DNA of 17,092 bases from the NCBI GenBank assembly GCA_033442325.1, contig JAWQFM010000036.1, forward strand, positions 602,866-619,957, written 5' to 3'. Positions 1 to 9,675 of this stretch are shown piece after piece. A program made the position numbers and the translations under genes. This DNA is from Salpingoeca rosetta (Eukaryota; Protista; Choanoflagellata). The stretch's first letter is position 1, and every line of letters starts with the position of its first letter. The notes under the pieces are model-generated. The model saw nothing but the letters and a program-made list of their open reading frames with translations. It did no database searches and was not told the origin of the DNA.

Positions 1-2
1 CA

Positions 3-323
3 GACCCCAGATGCCGCCCCTACGTCATTGTGCCCATTGTTGTTCCACCAGCAACACCTCCCGCAGATACGCAAATGCTTGACGACTACGATGTCACTGC
101 GTTGCCGAACGTACCTGACATCATCTGCCAAGCATCTCGACCAGGCAAAGAAGACGATGGAGGCTGCAGCGTTGTCTTCTTTTGTCCTGGACTGCCCAAT
201 CCATCTGGCACAATCGCGGTGGTGCTGGACGCATTCTGCTTCATGACACAGGCCATCCGCGAGACACGGTGCAAACGACAACAGCACCACCAGCTAACAA
301 GGACGGCAACTGAGTGCAGCTGA
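3..323 (+). CDS. Possible 3' end (last exon) of a gene of unknown function entering from the left edge
   Basis: The frame is open from position 3 (DPRCRPYVIVPIVVPPATPPADTQMLDDYDVTALPNVPDIICQ...) to TGA at 321-323. It has normal complexity and no microsatellite. No family recognised. Confidence 0.35.
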   Translation, partial: DPRCRPYVIVPIVVPPATPPADTQMLDDYDVTALPNVPDIICQASRPGKEDDGGCSVVFFCPGLPNPSGTIAVVLDAFCFMTQAIRETRCKRQQHHQLTRTATECS

Positions 324-783
324 CACTGGAGGGACGTGCTTGAAGCACTGGTGCGAGGCGTTCAATAGCAGCCGCAGCAACAACAGCGCCGTGGACTGAC
401 CTGCTTCGTGTGTCTTCTTTGCCCTGCAGCACCCTGACACACAGTGGTGGCTGGCGGATGACTGCGCCCTTGTTGTCGTTGTTGCAGACCACCTTGCACT
501 TGGTTGTTTGGCTGCACTGCAAGTGGCACCCTGCGATTGCCATGTGGCTGTTGTCTTGAGCAGTGCCGTGTTCTGTTTCTGCTTTCCTCTCTTGCTTGGA
601 TGTGCGTGTTGGTGTTGCGTGTGTGCCCGTGTGTGAGGGCTGTTGTCGTCTCTTCATGTCTTTGGCTCTGTCCCACTGTACTGTTGGGAAACGATTGAAC
701 AAGCAAAGTGGAACCACCACAACATGGCAGCCAGCAACCAAACACACATCACTGAAAAGGGAGAGTGGGAGAAGAGGCAGCAA

Positions 784-811
784 GAAGGAAGGAAGGAAGG
801 AAGGAAGGAAG
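784..811 (+). repeat. (GAAG)n tetranucleotide microsatellite
   Basis: gaaggaaggaaggaaggaaggaaggaag, read directly. Confidence 0.9.
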
Positions 812-1589
812 CACATTGAGTATGCGCGGCGTGCATGTGAACAAAGAGCCAACGCAGTGACAACAACAGTGACGCATCATCAAACACCACATGGCGCACT
901 GCAACGCTGCTCTGTCGATGGCCGGCCTGAAGGAAGAAAGGGATGTACGCGTGCACCAGCCACGAAGCGATGGTTCCTCAGATGGGAAGTGATTTGATTG
1001 GCCGCCGTCTCATCATCGTCGTCATCGGTGTGCGCACACGCCAATTGCACAGCAAAGCACAAAGGGAGGGTGACTGCGTGCCGTGCACTCCCACATACAT
1101 CCACCTTCTTCTTCATTGCTATTGCCTCGCATTGCAGCAACTGCTGCTGCCAGCCATGGCACCAACAATAGTCAACACATGTGTGCCCACCAGAAGCACG
1201 GCGACCACCTCCTTGCTGTTGCTGGAACTCGTGAGGAATGCAAGCACATTCACCACCACCACCTCATCAGCTGTCGCTGCTGTAGCCATGGCGTGCACCA
1301 CGACCACCACAACCACTGCTGCTGCTAGCGGTTCTTCCAACAGCGCCGTGATGGTCCAAGAGCCAACAGCATCCGATGCCTTGAGATGGTTGCTGTCGTT
1401 GGTGGTGGTGGTGGTGGTGGTGGCAGCAGTGTTGGGATGATGATGATGATGTGGGAGGTGAAGGTGGCATGTGATGGCAGCACTCGATCACAACAGGTGC
1501 AATGATGGTGGCTGTTGTTGCTGTCCTGATGGAGGAATGCGGCGTCCACGTGAACTGGCAAGCGTGCGTGCGTGTGAGGCTCCAGCAGT

Positions 1590-4349
1590 TGCTGTGCGAT
1601 GGGTCGGATCGCGTGTGCACCCGTGCAACCAAAGGGACGAGTCGTCCAGGAACGCGTCGGCCTCGCACGGCGATGCGGTGAAGGCCATGACGGTAATGTC
1701 GCCAGAGACGGATCGGTTGAAGAGGCGCGCCGTAAAGTCCTCGTTGATGGAAGCGACGGTGGCAATAATGGTGCCCTGGCGCAGGTCGATGCGCAGAATG
1801 AATCTGCGACGCATCTTGTGTCGTGTTCATGGACTGCACCAGCGCGGCCTCAAACGCCTCGTGGCGCGACTGCGTGTCGGCAAGGGCGTTGAACTTGGCG
1901 TCAAAGACGAGCGAGACAGAGTACGCGGGCACGCACGCACGGTGGGAGCACCTCAAGCTGCGTCGCTGATGGTGGTGCAGAGGCAGTCCGTCGTGGCCGT
2001 GGCCGCCGACACCTCATACTCCGTGTCCTGGCACGAGTGCGCACGCGCTGGCACTCACGGTCGTTGACCAGCGACGGCGCAACGAGCTCGTACTCTGTTA
2101 GACAGGCACTGCGTCCACGGCGAGCAGATGCCTGTGGTTCTGCGTCGTGGGCGTGAGCAGGCGCGAGATGAACGTGTTGTTGGGGCACGTGCGGCCCATC
2201 TGGCACTCACGGTCCGTGCTGATGGTGGGTGTGGCTGTCTCAAACGAGCCAGGCTCGCAGGGCGACACACGCGCGTGGAGAAGTCCGTGTTGCTGTCGCG
2301 GTAGAACAGGGCCTCGATGCAGCGGCGGCACTGGCGGTCGGTGAAGATGGTGGGGCGCACCATCTCCTCGTAGCCGAGGTCGCACTCCGTCACAGGTGTG
2401 CAATCGCGCTGGGCCAGAGAGGGCGGCAAAGTCCACGCCAGCCTGGCACGGCGTACACGGCGTGTGCTGGCGTTGCGGCGGTCCAGGTCGGCGGTGCCAG
2501 CCGGGCACAGGAACTGCTTGCAGGAGCCGATGGAGCCCGCAGGCACATAGTGGCCGTAAAGGCACGGCTGGCAGGCGGTGAGCGGGTTGCGGTCGTGGTC
2601 GGTGGTGCCGATGGGGCATGGCTCGCACTTGGTGTTGGAGGTGGAGGTGGGGGCGCGGGTGCGCTGCTCGNNNNNNNNNNNNNNNNNNNNNNNNNNNNNN
2701 NNNNNNNNNNNNNNNNNNNNNNNNNNNNNNNNNNNNNNNNNNNNNNNNNNNNNNNNNNNNNNNNNNNNNNNNNNNNNNNNNNNNNNNNNNNNNNNNNNNN
2801 NNNNNNNNNNNNNNNNNNNNNNNNNNNNNNNNNNNNNNNNNNNNNNNNNNNNNNNNNNNNNNNNNNNNNNNNNNNNNNNNNNNNNNNNNNNNNNNNNNNN
2901 NNNNNNNNNNNNNNNNNNNNNNNNNNNNNNNNNNNNNNNNNNNNNNNNNNNNNNNNNNNNNNNNNNNNNNNNNNNNNNNNNNNNNNNNNNNNNNNNNNNN
3001 NNNNNNNNNNNNNNNNNNNNNNNNNNNNNNNNNNNNNNNNNNNNNNNNNNNNNNNNNNNNNNNNNNNNNNNNNNNNNNNNNNNNNNNNNNNNNNNNNNNN
3101 NNNNNNNNNNNNNNNNNNNNNNNNNNNNNNNNNNNNNNNNNNNNNNNNNNNNNNNNNNNNNNNNNNNNNNNNNNNNNNNNNNNNNNNNNNNNNNNNNNNN
3201 NNNNNNNNNNNNNNNNNNNNNNNNNNNNNNNNNNNNNNNNNNNNNNNNNNNNNNNNNNNNNNNNNNNNNNNNNNNNNNNNNNNNNNNNNNNNNNNNNNNN
3301 NNNNNNNNNNNNNNNNNNNNNNNNNNNNNNNNNNNNNNNNNNNNNNNNNNNNNNNNNNNNNNNNNNNNNNNNNNNNNNNNNNNNNNNNNNNNNNNNNNNN
3401 NNNNNNNNNNNNNNNNNNNNNNNNNNNNNNNNNNNNNNNNNNNNNNNNNNNNNNNNNNNNNNNNNNNNNNNNNNNNNNNNNNNNNNNNNNNNNNNNNNNN
3501 NNNNNNNNNNNNNNNNNNNNNNNNNNNNNNNNNNNNNNNNNNNNNCAATGGATGGGGAGAACTCCGTCACGCTGTCGCACGCCGACAGTCGGCCGAATCG
3601 GCGTCGTAGACAAGGATGAAGCCAGCGCTGCACTCGCACGTGTCTGTGCAGCCTGGGCAGGAGTGGCGTGCCTCGTAGGCGTCCATCTGGCGAATGGTGT
3701 CGCGGATGCAATCCTCGCCCTGGTTGGAGCAGCACACGTCAAGCACCACGTCGAGCTGCTCGTCCGTGGGCTTGGCGCACACCATCTCCTCAAACAGCTG
3801 CGTGACGAGCTTGTTGCAGGTGAGCGTGTCGCAGGAGCACAGGCGGTCTGTGGTGAGCGTGGGCGGGATGGTCTCGATAAAGGGCTCCTCGCACACGCTG
3901 GTGGGGAAGCACGAGGCGCGTTCCGGCAGCGGCTGGTACTCCATGCCGAGGGTGCAGCTCACGCATACGCGGTCGCGCACGGCGTTGCCAGAGACAGACA
4001 AACTCCTTCCGGCCAGGCTTGCACTCGGTCCAGGGAGAGCAGACGGCGTCAGAAGATGAGGAGCATGGGCTCGAGGCCCAGGCGCCCATGCCACACGTGG
4101 TGCATGGCACGCAGCGGTGGTCCTTGGCGTAGTAGTGGAGAGGGCAATGGGTAATGCACGCCTGGTGAAGTTGCCGTCGCAGAGGTTGAGGCAGTTGGTG
4201 GCGTTTGGTGGAGTGGCACTTAGCACACGCGTGAAATGGCATTCAGCACACCCATTACCGAGCTCATACTCGCCATCGGGGTACTCGCTGATGCAGCGGC
4301 CGTTATTGGAGGTGAGGCTTGGGTCTGCAGGCCGTGCACTCATCGATGC
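1590..4349 (-). pseudogene. Frameshifted large cysteine-rich repeat (furin-like / TNFR-like) extracellular protein, partial, interrupted by an N gap
   Basis: A polypyrimidine+CAG acceptor lies at 4351-4350. Stitching frames gives IDECTAC..NNGRCISEYPDGEYELGNGCAECHF..CAKC..ACITHCPLHYYAKDHRCVPCTTCGMGAWASSPCSSSSDAVCSPWTECKPG..RDRVCVSCTLGMEYQ..PPTLTTDRLCSC. After the gap it continues APTSTSNTKCEPCPIGTTD..CTPVTECDLGYEEMVRPTIFTDRQCRRC..CEPGSFETATPTISTDRECQ. The recurring C-x2-C...P-T-x2-(T/S)-D-R-x-C units resemble TNFR-like repeats. Many frame changes are needed, and the left boundary is approximate. Confidence 0.8.
2671..3545. other. Assembly gap (875 N)
   Basis: Run of n. Confidence 1.
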
Positions 4350-4484
4350 CTGGAGGGGAGGGAGTGGGAGTGGAGGGGAGGATGGGGTGAGAGGCAATGA
4401 CAACACTTTTGTGAGGTGTTGAGGAACCTTGCACCGCTTGATCATCTCAAGGATACAAAACTAAGAAGAGGCTTTGAGGACAAG

Positions 4485-4552
<68 letters not shown>
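4485..4552 (+). repeat. (CA)n microsatellite, i.e. (GT)n on the minus sense strand just after the donor at 4574
   Basis: Read directly. Confidence 0.95.
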
Positions 4553-4554
<2 letters not shown>

Positions 4555-5742
4555 GCCAGCACAAGTAAACGTACCATTGGCTCGTGATGAAGCTATCTTT
4601 GAGCACCTGCCGCAAGGCGTTGTGCACTGTGTGGACTGTTGTGCGGTTCTGCTGCACAGCCTGCCCCAAGTGGCTGTTTTTGGTGCAGTATGTCCCCCAG
4701 AGCTCCATGTCCGCGCCGCCGTTCAGCGTCTTCGCGACGGCGTCGACGGGGTCGCACGCGTGCTTGTTGGCGTTGACCATGTGTGCAAATCGCACCGCAG
4801 TCTGTTCCAATCGTCACCATGTCACACTTCCACTGCCCGCGCACGACTCGTTGAACAGCATGTTGTTCGCACACGGAGAGGGCACACCGTTGATGCTGGC
4901 GTTCGAACACATGGCAGCGAGTGCCCGTGCTTGTACTGCACATGAGACACATGGCAGAGGGGAGCGGGATGAAGACGAGGAAGTGGGAGGTGAGGGGGAT
5001 GGCGCAGGCATGGTGGCGTGGTCGAACTGACAAGAAATGCCTGATGCGAGGTGCACGAGCTGACACACACACACACACACACATACCTCGGTGTCCCAGA
5101 AGTCAAAGGTAGACATGTTCCCGTTGAATGCCATGCGGTTTGTCTCGACCGAGTGCGCGTCAAAGTGCTTGAAACCTAAAACCGCGATGGAGCGGTGACA
5201 GCAGTGTAAATGACACGTCCACCATCAAGTGCGCAAGTGAAACAGCGTCGCTGACACGATTGTGCGTTTGCATACACACATGTGTGAGTGTGGATGCGTG
5301 TGCGTACCTGCTGTCATTTTCTTGTACTTCTTGTCTGTGCCGTCCTGGCAGCCGGTGACGTCAGCAGCAGCGCACTCACCGCTCAAGCACGGGTCTCAGA
5401 GGTTGAGAGGGGTGCAGTGAAGGCGAGTGGGTGGGCCTGCAAAGTGAGTGAGTGAGTGAGTGGGGATGAGTGTGAAGGGGGTTGGTGGCATGCGTGCGAC
5501 TGTTCTAGAGTGATCGCATGTGTGTGTGTGTGTGTGTGCACCGGCATCAGCAACACGTGATGAAGGGGGCACCTGTGAGTACGATCTTCTGCAAGACGCC
5601 GCCACCTCTGTGCCAGTTGAGATCGTTGAAGGCGCGCATCTCCGTGGATACGACCTGGAAGCGAAGAACCGGTGGTGGGGGACGAGGAGGGAGGGAATGA
5701 ACGACAGGAGCTTTGATCAAGAAGAAGAAGCCGACATAGCAG

Positions 5743-5743
<1 letters not shown>

Positions 5744-5780
<37 letters not shown>

Positions 5781-5815
5781 ACACAGACACACACACACAC
5801 ACACACACGCACACA
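5744..5815 (+). repeat. Intronic (CA)n/(CAGA) compound microsatellite
   Basis: Read directly; it lies just after a minus-strand donor. Confidence 0.9.
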
Positions 5816-6595
5816 AACCCTGACTGACGGTTGCGCCAAGACCTGTGGGGGCAATGAAGGTGGTGGCACACTTGTCCTGGCTGATGATGCACGCAGAGAC
5901 AACGGCCGTGTTCGTCTCCACCAGATGCAGATACGGCGGGATGTCAAGCCTGCACCCATGCACACACACATGCAAGCATGAAGAGGAAGGTGGTGTGGCC
6001 GTGTGAGCAATGGTGGTGGTGGTTGATGCCGCTGTGGCACGAAGAAGCGGGAGAGAAACACAAGCAGACAGAGTTACGAGTCACTGCGTGGGCGCTGCAT
6101 GTCCTTTCCCACCTCTTGACGCCGTAGTCAAGGAAGGCGCATGGGCTGGTGACGGGATCGGGGCCAATGAGACCGGCCATCTCCTGAAGACTGAGGCGTC
6201 CAATGAGGTCGTCGAGGCGGGCACCGATGGACAGACTCGTGTTGCAGAACGGCAACTCCTTCGTCGCTGCAGACAGGCACGCATGGCCTGACGAGGCAAA
6301 ATACAACAGCAGACACGTATGAGCTGAGAGAGAGGGCGTGTGTTGTGTGTGTGTGTGTGTGTGTGTGTGTGGTTGTGTTGTGTGTTGTGTGTGTGTGTGA
6401 TTGCTGTGGTGTGTGTGTTGGGATCACCTGTCGGAACGGGTGTGCCGTAACAGTTTGCCCGGATGATATTCATGCGATTGGCTGCTCCGCACATCTCGGT
6501 CGAAGCCCCCATACACGGCTCATTGCAGTCGAAGGAAGGCTGGACATGTGTGTGTGGGTGTTGGGGGGGGTGTGAATGCTGACACTAATGTGCAC

Positions 6596-6705
6596 CACAC
6601 ACAGACACACAGACACACAGACACACGGACACACAGACACACAGACACACAGACACACAAACACACACACACACAGACACAGTCACACAGACACAGACAC
6701 ACACA

Positions 6706-6742
<37 letters not shown>
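6596..6742 (+). repeat. Compound (CA)n / (ACACAGAC)n repeat filling most of GH3 intron 2
   Basis: acagacacac-type units grade into pure CA, ending at the donor GT (6742-6741, minus strand). Confidence 0.92.
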
Positions 6743-6743
<1 letters not shown>

Positions 6744-7027
6744 GCCGAGACTGCGCGGTGGAATTCAGCTTGGGTGTTCGCAGAAGTAGCATTGGTAGCC
6801 GTACTCAACGGTGCTGAGCGAAAAAGTTTAAGGTGTAGCAGAGCGTGGCACACGCCTCACACGTCATGGGTGTCTGCGCCATGTTGCCAGCAAACGCAAA
6901 CGTCCGATTGTCAGCGCGGTGTGTGCGAGTGTGTGTGTGGGGGGGGGTGGTGTGGTGTGTGTGTGTGTGGGGGGGAGGTGTTGGTAGGTGAGCGCAGCGA
7001 TGGAAGGAGGGGATGGGCACGCAACTC

Positions 7028-7031
<4 letters not shown>

Positions 7032-7122
<91 letters not shown>
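7032..7122 (+). repeat. About 90-bp (CA)n tract whose first minus-strand GT is the donor of GH3 intron 1
   Basis: The minus strand reads ...TGC ATC AAG|GTGTGTGT... Confidence 0.95.
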
Positions 7123-7124
<2 letters not shown>

Positions 7125-7659
7125 TGATGCATTGTACGTGAGCTTGGACGACGCTCGCCACAGTGGCTGAACAGCACACACAGCACACAGCCACCAACCC
7201 CAACAGCAGCGCTGTCACTGCCGTTGCACGCATCTTCCTTTTTGTCTTCTTCCACAAAACACAAACACAAACAGAATTGTGCCGAGTCAGCACTTTCTGC
7301 TTTGTTGTTGAAAGGGTTCACTGCTGTGATGGAAGGCGCACACACAGACACGCACAAGCACGCACAGACACGCACATGCACGCACACGCAGAGGCGAACG
7401 GCTTGACAGGAGCAGTGCTCTGCGTGGAGGAACGACAGGGAATGGGGTAACAACTGCTGTGCTGCTTACAACCGGGACAAAAGCACGACAAGTGCATGGC
7501 AAGCCAGCCAGCAGGCAGGCAGTGAACAGCCACAAACAAGTCTCCTTCTTGGCCGTTGCATACACATGTGTGACAAGCCACAAACACTGTCAGTCAGCCC
7601 ACCGTCTGGCAACAGCATCCAAGATGCACTCGGCAAGGACACTGGCAACTGCGATTGGT

Positions 7660-8089
7660 GATTGTGGCGTCGTCGCCAGCAACAGCCTCATCTACGGCAT
7701 CCCTCCTTTTGATGCAACTCCCACCACCTCTGTGCTCATCATCAGCCCATCCACAACAACAGCAACAGCAGCGGTGACAGCAGCAGTGGATGAAACGACC
7801 ACCATCAACAGTCTGCAAGCCGGTTGAGCCATGTGGGCACTGCAGGCGGCGTGCTGGCTCACAACACCCTCCTCGATAGGTGTGACCACTGATCGCAGCA
7901 CGAATACAGCAGACACCACCATGCTTGGTGAGCTGCAACACGGCGGATGCAAGTGGATCAGCGGCGTGGCTGCGGACAATGGCCTTTTCCTGCCACGGCA
8001 TTCCATGCAACTCGCCATTCATCCTCATCGTCGATCCAGCCGCAAGTGCGGTGGACACAACCATGCTGTCCGTTCCAGAAGTGGTGTGA
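7660..8089 (+). pseudogene. Degenerate fragment of a tandem ~50-aa beta-propeller-like repeat protein (W-x-GGVLA-x-NG-x-IYGIP...VLIIDP-x-TNTADTT)
   Basis: Three copies across frames: GVVASNSLIYGIPPFDATPTTSVLIISPSTTTA; (W)..GGVLAHNTLL..DRSTNTADTTML; KWISGVAADNGL/HGIPCNSPFILIVDPAASAVDTTML. There is an internal stop (7825-7827) and frameshifts. The propeller fold is inferred from the repeat pattern. Confidence 0.7.
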
Positions 8090-9042
8090 TGGTGTGTGTT
8101 GGCTGGCAACGACTTGCACATGACATGCCCTGGCTCGTCCATCACCTCCTCCTCGTCAATCCACGATGCTGACACAGGTAGGCGTGTGTGTGTGTGTGTG
8201 TGTGTTTTGGAACGGAAATGCATCTTGGGTTGGTACGCACCATGTGCGACTGCTGATGCTGACACGCTTCACCAATCCTGTCTGTTCCATCTCATCACAC
8301 AACCTCAGTGAATTCCACCACCGTGACGGCCTCGATGTGTCCATGCCACTCTTCTCCATGGTGACATTCATTCACACCGGAGCAGTGACGCGTTTCGCCC
8401 ACACACACACAGGAAATACCTCGTCATCTACTGGTCTGTGCATGCACGTGTGTGCTGTGTGTGTTGTGACGTGGTACGATGTTCACTGCTGCTGCTGCTG
8501 GGTTTAGAGGGGCTGGTGTCGCTCATTGCACCACCGCTCGCTCTTGTTGTGCCGTGACTGCAATCTCACTCCAACCCTGTTGTGGTGCGGCTGCTTGACG
8601 TGTGCCTTCTTTCCCTGTTGTGCAGACGCACTATCAAGTCTGCTCATTCTGATGCCATGCGCAACCACCTCCCCAAGCTGCACAACGACAGGTGAGGTGT
8701 GCTTCGCGTGCGAGTGTTGTGTGTTACTTCGTTCCGTGTGCGTGTGTTGTGTGTTGCCTCGGAGTCAACTTGTTTTGGTGCTGTGTGTGTATCTGTCTGG
8801 AACCACCTCACACACACACACACACACATCGCCTGTGTTTGCGTGCGTGTGCGCAGGGACATTGTGTTGGTGTGCGCGTGCCGGTGGTTTGGCGAAGAGC
8901 GCATGGGCCGTGAGGGGGAAGGTTGGATATGACCCCTCATGTAAGCAGGCAGAGGAAGAGTTCAACAAGTACACGTACACGGAGCTGGCGCTGGAGACCA
9001 AGTTTGGGCTCATCGTGGAAGGATTTGGCTATCACCCCTTGA

Positions 9043-9057
9043 TGCGTGCGTGCGTGC

Positions 9058-9119
<62 letters not shown>
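9043..9119 (+). repeat. (GCGT)n then (GT)n intronic microsatellite
   Basis: Read directly. Confidence 0.92.
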
Positions 9120-9120
<1 letters not shown>

Positions 9121-9200
9121 GCAAACGATTTCGGTCCTGTTTGTGCTCTTACCCACCTTCCACCTCCTGTCACCCCCTTGCATGCCTCGTTGATCGTGGC

Positions 9201-9281
9201 TGCTGGTGCCATCCCCGTCATTGTCGTCGATCACTACGTGCTGGTGCCATCCCCGTCATTGTCGTCGATCACTACGTGCTG
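9201..9281 (+). repeat. Perfect 38-bp tandem duplication inside an exostosin exon
   Basis: tgctggtgccatccccgtcattgtcgtcgatcactacg occurs at 9201-9238 and 9239-9276, followed by tgctg. Confidence 0.95.
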
Positions 9282-9291
9282 TGTGTGTGTG

Positions 9292-9335
<44 letters not shown>

Positions 9336-9345
9336 CGTGTGTGTG

Positions 9346-9381
<36 letters not shown>
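9281..9381 (+). repeat. About 100-bp (GT)n tract starting at the donor site
   Basis: Read directly. Confidence 0.95.
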
Positions 9382-9618
9382 GAGATGTGCCCCTCCCGTC
9401 ACTCATGGTGCTGTAATGTGAGGTTCTGGTGTTTGCTTTTTTGCATGCTTGCAGCCCTATCAGGACCTGCTGGACTGGGAGACGTTCAGCATTCGCATTC
9501 CCCGAGCACAGGCTCCTCGAGGTGTGGTGACAGATCGGTGATATGGGAATGTGAAGCGATGCATGAGGGGTGGTGTGTTTTGATGGGGATTGTGTTTGGT
9601 GATGGCTTGCATGTCACG

Positions 9619-9621
<3 letters not shown>

Positions 9622-9671
<50 letters not shown>
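9622..9671 (+). repeat. (CA)n tract about 20 nt upstream of the acceptor at 9690
   Basis: Read directly. Confidence 0.95.

Positions 9672-9675
<4 letters not shown>

Larger units (their letters stand above)
4575..7233 (-). pseudogene. Signal peptide + WSC domain + glycoside hydrolase family 3 N-terminal domain (beta-xylosidase-like); multi-exon, decayed, C-terminal domain absent
   Basis: Exons read by eye: 7233-7123 (MRATAVTALLLGLVAVCCVCCSA..HVQCIK, signal peptide); ~6912-6743 (DNRTF..MTCEACATLCYTLNF/SLSTVEYGYQCY, WSC); 6539-6428 (PSFDCNEPCMGASTEMCGAANRMNI, WSC end); 6287-6113 (LPFCNTSLSIGARLDDLIGRLSLQEM); 5949-~5829 (RLDIPPY..ATTFIAPTGLGAT); 5654-5573 (VVSTEMRAFN); ~5400-5308 (E/DPCLSGECAAADVTGCQDG); 5175-5087 (GFKHFDAHSVETNR..FDFWDT); 4935-4575 (AMCSNASINGVPSPCAN../..GTDCGAI../..LNGGADMEL). 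The joins 6428/6287, 6113/5949 and 5308/5175 are GT-AG and in phase. KHF and TDCGA (nucleophile Asp) are GH3 hallmarks. Confidence 0.88.

Noticed and set aside
943-1440. 165-aa plus-strand ORF with a Thr/Ala-rich stretch and hydrophobic C-terminus, resembling a membrane-anchored mucin
   Set aside because: The poly-Val tail comes from a (GGT)n microsatellite and the Thr runs from (ACC)n. No recognisable domain, so it cannot be supported as a gene.
1471-2067. 198-aa plus-strand ORF
   Set aside because: Antisense shadow of the GC-rich minus-strand Cys-rich coding sequence.
2055-4154. Very long ORFs (330-640 aa) in the track
   Set aside because: Their length is due to translation through 875 N. 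The same applies to ORFs spanning 14742-14841 and 15681-16351.
6345-7181. CVCVCV / HTHTHT 'metal-binding' proteins
   Set aside because: These are translations of intronic (GT)n/(CA)n microsatellites, here and at 8526-9690.
9201-9281. 38-bp direct repeat as a CRISPR-like repeat
   Set aside because: Only two abutting copies with no spacer, inside a eukaryotic exon, and no cas genes.
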